Assembly: GCA_934098435.1 (NCBI GenBank)
Contig: CAKOOV010000005.1
Location: 16,750-80,749, forward strand
Direction: 5' to 3'
From: an uncultured Bacilli bacterium
Lineage (GTDB): Bacteria > Bacillota_I > Bacilli_A > RF39 > UBA660
DNA: 64,000 nt
The notes beneath the pieces were generated by a model. That model was not told where the DNA came from, did no database searches, and saw only the letters and a list, made by a program, of their open reading frames with translations. Every line of letters begins with the position of its first letter. Position 1 is the first letter of the stretch. The translations under genes and the position numbers were made by a program. Below are positions 58,574-64,000 of this stretch, piece after piece.

Positions 58574-59392
58574 GTGGAAAAACAAAAAAATAATGGATTG
58601 ATCGTTTTAGTAATTGTTTTATTATTTGTAATATTGGGATTGGGAGGTTATATTGTTTATGATAAGGTGTTGAATAAAAATCAAATTGAAAATAATAATT
58701 CTAACATCCAAAATCATAATGGTAATTCTAGTAATAAAAATAATTCAAACCTGGCATTAAAAATTGATAGCACTAAAGATTGGGTTTATGATGCCGATTA
58801 TAATTTATCAACAAATAAAGATAGCTATTATGGTTTTAGTGATCATAGTAAATTGATTAAAGCTAGTGATTTAATTGTTCCTTATATAAATATTAATTCT
58901 TCTGATGCTAAAACAGCAAATCAAGAAATTTATAAATTATATGAGCAATTAATAAATAAGTTTAATGAAAATCTAAAAGAAGAAATTTGGTTTACTACTG
59001 TAGAATATTCTTCGAATATAAATAATGATATAATTTCTATAATGATTAAAACTACTTCTGCTGGTACATCTACACCATTATACGAATATTATACATACAA
59101 TTTTGATGTTACTAATGGTAATATATTGTCATATCAAGATGCCTACAAATTAGTAAATATTAATGATTCTACTATTGAAAACGTAGTAGAGCAAAAGATA
59201 AAGAACGAATTAAAAGATTATCCACAATCTTCTTATGAAGAAGCCTTAAATGGCAGTATTGATAATTATAAAAAATCTGTTAATAATAAGTCAATAAAAT
59301 ATTATTTTGATTCTACTGGAAAACTTAACGTTATTGTTACTTTATATCCTATTGCTAGCGGAGACTCTAAAAAGATTTTAGTTTTAGGATAA
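58574..59392 (+). CDS. membrane-anchored protein, possibly DUF4163/DUF3298 (RsiV/PdaC-type) like
   Basis: GTG start after AAAGGAG. N-terminal TM, Asn-rich linker, then LIVPYININ...YYTYNFDVTNGNILSYQD, which resembles DUF3298 by eye. Confidence 0.5.
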   Translation: MEKQKNNGLIVLVIVLLFVILGLGGYIVYDKVLNKNQIENNNSNIQNHNGNSSNKNNSNLALKIDSTKDWVYDADYNLSTNKDSYYGFSDHSKLIKASDLIVPYININSSDAKTANQEIYKLYEQLINKFNENLKEEIWFTTVEYSSNINNDIISIMIKTTSAGTSTPLYEYYTYNFDVTNGNILSYQDAYKLVNINDSTIENVVEQKIKNELKDYPQSSYEEALNGSIDNYKKSVNNKSIKYYFDSTGKLNVIVTLYPIASGDSKKILVLG

Positions 59393-59469
59393 ATTATATG
59401 TTTATTAATTCATAGGTTAATTAGTATTATAATCGATTATGATAAAATCACTATTATTTGTTAGATGTA

Positions 59470-59510
59470 ATATTAAAAGTAAGGGATGATACATCCTCTA
59501 CTTTTAATAT
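59470..59510 (+). other. long imperfect hairpin in the intergenic region
   Basis: ATATTAAAAGTA-AG-GGATG-ATA-CATCC-TC-TACTTTTAATAT (12 + 5 bp, 2x2 internal loop), with no T run. Confidence 0.4.
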
Positions 59511-59544
59511 GTAAATGATAATATAATTATTATAATAAAATGTT

Positions 59545-59598
59545 TTATTTGTAGACCTTAGGCTACAAATAACCTAGAAAGACTATAGGCTTTCTAGG
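59545..59598 (+). repeat. Two tandem hairpins of the AG-AC..GG-CT family (copies 4a, 4b)
   Basis: 4a: TTATTTGTAG-ACCTTAGG-CTACAAATAA (perfect 10 bp). 4b: CCTAGAAAG-ACTATAGG-CTTTCTAGG (perfect 9 bp). Confidence 0.65.
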
Positions 59599-59702
59599 AT
59601 AAAAAAGATAAGTATATATTATATATAATAATGAAAGGGGAATTGATAAAATAAAATTTATATAAGAATAAAGAAAAATATTAAAAAAGTTATAAAAAAG
59701 CC

Positions 59703-59731
59703 TTGATTTTCATAGATTTATTTAGTATAAT
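59703..59731 (+). promoter_or_regulatory. sigma-A-type promoter of the S10 operon
   Basis: TTGATT, 17 nt, TATAAT. Confidence 0.55.
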
Positions 59732-59737
59732 TGTATC

Positions 59738-59867
59738 TGTGTGACTGGCTTAGATGTGCGAAGTTGCTGATACACCCGGTTAAGTTGTCAATAAAATTAA
59801 AGGGTTTGTCAGGTAATTCGTTCGGAGCTATGTCTATACTAAGATATAGGCGAAGGGAGGACAACTT
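59738..59867 (+). promoter_or_regulatory. ~130-nt relatively GC-rich structured 5' leader of the S10 operon
   Basis: Helices GTATC...GATAC and CTATGTCT-ATACTA-AGATATAG lie just upstream of the GGGAGG RBS. Confidence 0.35.
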
Positions 59868-60176
59868 ATGGCAAAGGAAATTGTGAGAGTTAAACTTAAA
59901 GCTTACGACCACAGAATTCTTGATAACGCTGCTGCTAAAATAGTAGCTACTGTTAAGAGAAGTGGTGGAGAAGTTTCTGGTCCTGTACCATTACCAACTG
60001 AAATTGAAAAAATTACAGTATTAAGAGCGGTACATAAATATAAGGATTCAAGAGAGCAATTTGAGAAGAGAACTCACAAGAGATTAATCGATATCATTAA
60101 TCCTAGCAAGGAGACAATTGATGCACTTGCTCATTTAGATATACCAAGTGGTGTAGATATCAAAATTAAAAAATAA
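59868..60176 (+). CDS. rpsJ: 30S ribosomal protein S10
   Basis: R.KLKAYDH..LD........GPVPLPT pattern; operon position. Confidence 0.97.
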   Translation: MAKEIVRVKLKAYDHRILDNAAAKIVATVKRSGGEVSGPVPLPTEIEKITVLRAVHKYKDSREQFEKRTHKRLIDIINPSKETIDALAHLDIPSGVDIKIKK

Positions 60177-60190
60177 GTAGGAGGAAGAAA

Positions 60191-60955
60191 ATGAAAGGAA
60201 TCTTAGGAAGAAAAAAAGGGATGACTGAAGTATTTACTGCTGATGGAAAACTTATTCCTGTAACTGTTATTGAAGTTGAAGATAATGTTGTTTCTCAAAT
60301 TAAGACTGAAGAGAATGATGGTTATGAAGCAATTCAACTTGCAACAGTAGAGAAAAAAGAATCTAGAAGTAATAAACCAGAAACTGGTCATCTTAAAAAA
60401 GCAAACACTACCCCTAAGCGCTTCTTAAAAGAAATTAGAGGTGTAAGTGTTAGCGATTATGCTTTAGGTGATGTACTTAAGGCTGATGTATTTGCTGCAG
60501 GAGAAATGGTTGATGTAACCGGCACTTCTAAAGGTAAAGGATTTCAAGGTGTTATTAAAAGACACAATCAAAGTAGAGGACCTATGAGTCATGGTTCACA
60601 ATACCATAGAGGTGTAGGTTCAATGGGTACTATGTTACCAATGAGGGTTTTACCAGGAAAGAAATTACCTGGACATATGGGTCATGTACAAGTTACTATT
60701 CAAAATCTTGAAGTAATTAAAGTTGATCTAGAAAATAATGTTATCTTAATTAAAGGAAGTGTTCCTGGTCCTAAAAACTCTTTAGTACTTGTTAGAACTG
60801 CTGTTAAATCTGGAGATAAAACAAAAGAACCAGTAGAATTAATAGTATATGAAGATGGTACTTCTTCTGAAGAAGTTATCGAAGAGACTATTGAAACTAT
60901 TAATGAAGAATTAGCAGAAACTAATGAAGAGACATCACAAGAAGCTAGCGAATAA
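60191..60955 (+). CDS. rplC: 50S ribosomal protein L3 with a ~48-aa acidic C-terminal extension
   Basis: [13 protein letters not shown] motif and [19 protein letters not shown]; tail from residue 207. Confidence 0.95.
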   Translation: MKGILGRKKGMTEVFTADGKLIPVTVIEVEDNVVSQIKTEENDGYEAIQLATVEKKESRSNKPETGHLKKANTTPKRFLKEIRGVSVSDYALGDVLKADVFAAGEMVDVTGTSKGKGFQGVIKRHNQSRGPMSHGSQYHRGVGSMGTMLPMRVLPGKKLPGHMGHVQVTIQNLEVIKVDLENNVILIKGSVPGPKNSLVLVRTAVKSGDKTKEPVELIVYEDGTSSEEVIEETIETINEELAETNEETSQEASE

Positions 60956-61005
60956 TTTACTTGATATTATGTTAAGATTATATTGTGATGATAAAGGAGG
61001 AAATT

Positions 61006-61635
61006 ATGTCTAAGAAAATAGATGTTTTAAGTCTTAAAGGCGAAAAGGTAAAGGATATAAAATTAGAAGATAACGTATTTAATGTAAAACCAAATGATGC
61101 TGTAATTAAAGATGCAGTTGTTGCTGCTATGGCAGGAGCAAGACAAGGTACTTCTAAAGTTAAAACTAGAAGTGAAGTATCTGGTGGTGGAAGAAAACCA
61201 TATAGACAAAAAGGTACTGGTAATGCAAGACAAGGTAGTATTAGAGCACCACATTATAGACATGGTGGTATTGTATTTGGACCAGTTCCAAGAGATTATT
61301 CAAAGAAAATGAATAAGAAGGAAAAGAGATTAGCTTTAAAGAGCGCTTTATCTTATAAAGTATTAGATAAAGAACTTGTTGTAATAGATAATATTAACTT
61401 TGAAACTAACAAAACAAAAGAAATGGTAAGTTTATTAGAAAACTTAAAGTTAACTAATAATAAGGTACTTGTTTGTGTAAACGAACTTACTGATAATATT
61501 TGTTTAGCTGCTAGAAACCTTGCTAATGTAAAAATTGTAATGCCTAGTGAAGTAAATACTTTTGATGTTGTTTCTTGCGATAATTTACTTATTACAGAAG
61601 AAGCTTTAAAATCATTAGAGGAGGTGCTTAAGTAA
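61006..61635 (+). CDS. rplD: 50S ribosomal protein L4
   Basis: SGGGRKPYRQKGTGNARQGSIRAPH motif. ATG 61006 follows AAGGAGG. Confidence 0.95.
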   Translation: MSKKIDVLSLKGEKVKDIKLEDNVFNVKPNDAVIKDAVVAAMAGARQGTSKVKTRSEVSGGGRKPYRQKGTGNARQGSIRAPHYRHGGIVFGPVPRDYSKKMNKKEKRLALKSALSYKVLDKELVVIDNINFETNKTKEMVSLLENLKLTNNKVLVCVNELTDNICLAARNLANVKIVMPSEVNTFDVVSCDNLLITEEALKSLEEVLK

Positions 61636-61913
61636 TGGATAATTATTTAGATATAATTGTAGCACCAATTATTACTGAAAAAACTGCTGGTATGGAAGCA
61701 GATGGCAAATATGCTTTCAAAGTTTTGAATAAAGCAAATAAAACTTTGGTAAAGCAAGCTATTGAAAAGAAATTTAATGTTAAGGTTAAATCTGTTAATA
61801 TTTCTAATTCTCATCCTAAAAAGAAGAGAGTTGGTAAATATACTGGTATGACTAATAAATATAAGAAAGCTATTGTAACACTTGAGAAAGGTAGTACTAT
61901 TAGTTTTGACTAA
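61635..61913 (+). CDS. rplW: 50S ribosomal protein L23
   Basis: I..P.ITEK...........F.V...ANK..VKQAIE..F.VKV..VN pattern. Confidence 0.95.
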   Translation: MDNYLDIIVAPIITEKTAGMEADGKYAFKVLNKANKTLVKQAIEKKFNVKVKSVNISNSHPKKKRVGKYTGMTNKYKKAIVTLEKGSTISFD

Positions 61914-61930
61914 TGTAAGGAGGAAATATA

Positions 61931-62761
61931 ATGGCAATAAGAGTTTATAAACCTATGACAAATGGTACAAGACAGAGATCTGTTTTGACTAGTGAAGAAA
62001 TCACTAAAACAACTCCCGAAAAAAGTTTAACAGTTACTAAAACTAAGACTAATGGTAGAAATAATCAAGGTAGAATTACTGTTAGACATAGAGGCGGAGG
62101 AGCTAAAAGAAAATATAGAATTATTGACTTTAAGAGAAGAAAAGATAATGTTCCTGCTAGAGTTGTTTCTATTGAATATGATCCTAATAGAAGTGCTAAT
62201 ATTGCTTTAATATCTTATAAAGATGGTGAAAAAGCTTATATTATTGCTCCTAAGGGATTAACTGTAGGAACTATAGTTGAATCTGGCGAGAATGTTGATA
62301 TTAAAGTTGGTAATACTCTTCCTATTATGAATATTCCAGTTGGTACTGTAATTCATAATATTGAGTTAAAACCAGGAAAAGGAGCTAGCTTAGCAAGAAG
62401 TGCTGGTGCTAGTGCACAAATTCTTGGTAGAGAAGATAAATATGTATTAATAAGATTATCTAGTGGTGAAACAAGAAAGATTTTAGGTACTTGTAGAGCT
62501 ACTATTGGAACAGTTGGTAATGAAGATTATGGACTAGTTAAAATCGGTAAAGCTGGTAGAACTAGACATAAAGGATTTAGACCTACAGTTCGTGGTTCTG
62601 TTATGAACCCTAATGATCACCCACATGGTGGTGGTGAAGGTAGAGCTCCAATTGGTAGAAGTGGACCTATGACACCTTGGGGTAAACCTGCTCTTGGATA
62701 TAAAACAAGAAAAAATAAGAAAGCGTCTGATAAATATATCGTATCACGTCGTAAGAAATAA
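61931..62761 (+). CDS. rplB: 50S ribosomal protein L2
   Basis: RHRGGG.KR.YR.IDF.R and [13 protein letters not shown] motifs. Confidence 0.97.
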   Translation: MAIRVYKPMTNGTRQRSVLTSEEITKTTPEKSLTVTKTKTNGRNNQGRITVRHRGGGAKRKYRIIDFKRRKDNVPARVVSIEYDPNRSANIALISYKDGEKAYIIAPKGLTVGTIVESGENVDIKVGNTLPIMNIPVGTVIHNIELKPGKGASLARSAGASAQILGREDKYVLIRLSSGETRKILGTCRATIGTVGNEDYGLVKIGKAGRTRHKGFRPTVRGSVMNPNDHPHGGGEGRAPIGRSGPMTPWGKPALGYKTRKNKKASDKYIVSRRKK

Positions 62762-62779
62762 GGAAAGGAAGATTAAAAA

Positions 62780-63046
62780 ATGGCTAGAAGTATTAAAAAA
62801 GGACCTTACGTTTTTGATAGATTATTAAAAAAAGTAAGAGCATTAAATGAATCTGGTAAGAAGGAAGTTATTAAGACTTGGTCACGTCGTTCTACAATCT
62901 ATCCTGAATTTATTGGTCATACTTTCGCTGTACATAATGGAAAAGAATTTATTCCAGTTTATGTAACTGAAGATATGGTTGGTCATAAGCTTGGAGAATT
63001 TTCACTTACTAGAAAGTTTGGCGGACACGGATCAGACAAGAAATAA
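62780..63046 (+). CDS. rpsS: 30S ribosomal protein S19
   Basis: MARSIKKGP and [22 protein letters not shown] motifs. Confidence 0.97.
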   Translation: MARSIKKGPYVFDRLLKKVRALNESGKKEVIKTWSRRSTIYPEFIGHTFAVHNGKEFIPVYVTEDMVGHKLGEFSLTRKFGGHGSDKK

Positions 63047-63067
63047 TTTTCTTAAAGGAGGACAAAA

Positions 63068-63409
63068 ATGGAAAGAACTGAAGCTAAGGCTGTAGCTAAA
63101 ACTGTTAGAATTTCCCCTAGAAAAACTAGATTGGTTATTGATCTTATTAGAGGTAAAAATGTTAATGATGCAAGAGCTATTCTTGCTAATCAACCTCAAA
63201 GAGCATCTAGAGTTATTTCTAAAGTATTAGAATCTGCTATAGCAAATGCTACTAATAATTTTGGTATGAACGAAGAGAATCTTTATGTTAAAGAATGCTA
63301 TGTTGATGAAGCATTAGTAATAAAAAGAATTAAATTTGATTCAAGAGGTCGTACTGGTAGAAACGATCATAAAACAAGTCACATAACAGTAATCGTGGCT
63401 GAAAAATAA
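63068..63409 (+). CDS. rplV: 50S ribosomal protein L22
   Basis: RISPRKTRLVIDLIRGK.V.DA..IL motif and KTSHITV. Confidence 0.95.
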   Translation: MERTEAKAVAKTVRISPRKTRLVIDLIRGKNVNDARAILANQPQRASRVISKVLESAIANATNNFGMNEENLYVKECYVDEALVIKRIKFDSRGRTGRNDHKTSHITVIVAEK

Positions 63410-63424
63410 AGAAGGAGGACACTT

Positions 63425-64000
63425 ATGGGACAAAAGGTTAGTCCAACAGGACTTAGAATTGGTATCAATAAGGATTGGGAATCTAAGTGGTATGCTGAAA
63501 ATGACTTTGCTAAATATTTGAATAATGATTATAAAATTCGTAAATATTTAAATAAGAAATTTAAAAATGCTGGTATTTCACAAATTATAGTTGAAAGAAA
63601 TCCTAAAAGATGTGAAATATTTATCTATGCTGCTAAACCTGGTTTAATTATTGGACAAAGTGGTGTTGAAATTGAAAAGATAAAAAAAGAAGTTGCAAAA
63701 CTTGTTAATGAAGAAATTCAAATTTCTGTAGTTGAAATTAAGAACCCTGATATGGTTGCAGAATTAGTTGCACAAAATATTGCTCATAATATTGAAAATA
63801 GAGTATCATTTAGGGTTGCTCAAAAGAAGGCTATTAGAAATACTATGAAAGCTGGAGCTTTAGGTATTAAGACTTTAGTATCTGGAAGACTTGGTGGTGC
63901 TGATATTGCTAGAAGTGAAGGCTATTCAGAAGGAACTATTCCACTTCATACTTTAAGAGCAGATATTGATTATGCTACTTGTGAAGCTGATACTACTTAT
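63425..64000 (+). CDS. rpsC: 30S ribosomal protein S3 (5' part; runs off the window)
   Basis: Own translation from ATG 63425 gives [24 protein letters not shown]..., following an AAGGAGG RBS. It is absent from the ORF track because it has no stop in the window. Confidence 0.95.
   Translation, partial: MGQKVSPTGLRIGINKDWESKWYAENDFAKYLNNDYKIRKYLNKKFKNAGISQIIVERNPKRCEIFIYAAKPGLIIGQSGVEIEKIKKEVAKLVNEEIQISVVEIKNPDMVAELVAQNIAHNIENRVSFRVAQKKAIRNTMKAGALGIKTLVSGRLGGADIARSEGYSEGTIPLHTLRADIDYATCEADTTY

Overview
A 64 kb chromosomal window from a very AT-rich (about 25-30% G+C by eye), standard-code, low-GC Gram-positive bacterium. It carries spore genes (yqfC/yqfD, a CotY/CotZ-like protein, a collagen-like BclA-type protein). 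A ClpB lacking its N-domain behind a CIRCE-like operator and a short AddB suggest an Erysipelotrichia/Clostridia-like lineage, but that is a guess. About 60 genes are called, nearly all on the + strand. Housekeeping content: proS; a csbB-gtrA-yfhO glycosylation module; secG, rnr (two tandem copies) and smpB; rsmD, nfo and a class B PBP; the str operon (rpsL-rpsG-fusA-tuf); tgt and frr; a T-box-controlled pheST; nusB and xseAB; addBA and tRNA-Thr; pepF and clpB; and the start of the S10 operon (rpsJ to rpsC). No transposase, integrase, prophage, CRISPR array or rRNA was seen. Observations worth a second look: (1) an A-poor, ~57% G+C patch of NNC codons at the extreme 3' end of an exported-protein gene, followed by a perfect 9-bp/4-nt hairpin, which looks like a DGR variable region whose TR/RT lie outside the window; (2) three unknown genes inserted between rpsG and fusA, two of them flanked by a 17-nt direct repeat; (3) nine intergenic hairpins in four tandem clusters, all in one orientation, with covarying 9-10-bp stems and a conserved apical motif AG-AC(Y)T..GG-CT; (4) tandem helicase paralogs with a higher-order array of helicase-associated (HA) repeats; (5) a small ORF wedged between addB and addA; (6) a four-gene operon of unknowns next to clpB; (7) smaller oddities: S12 Pro->Ile at the streptomycin-phenotype proline, an acidic tail on L3, an ORF between the T-box and pheS, palindromic terminators embedded in convergent coding ends, and an orphan pilin. 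All coordinates and motifs were read by hand from the sequence; no database search was possible.
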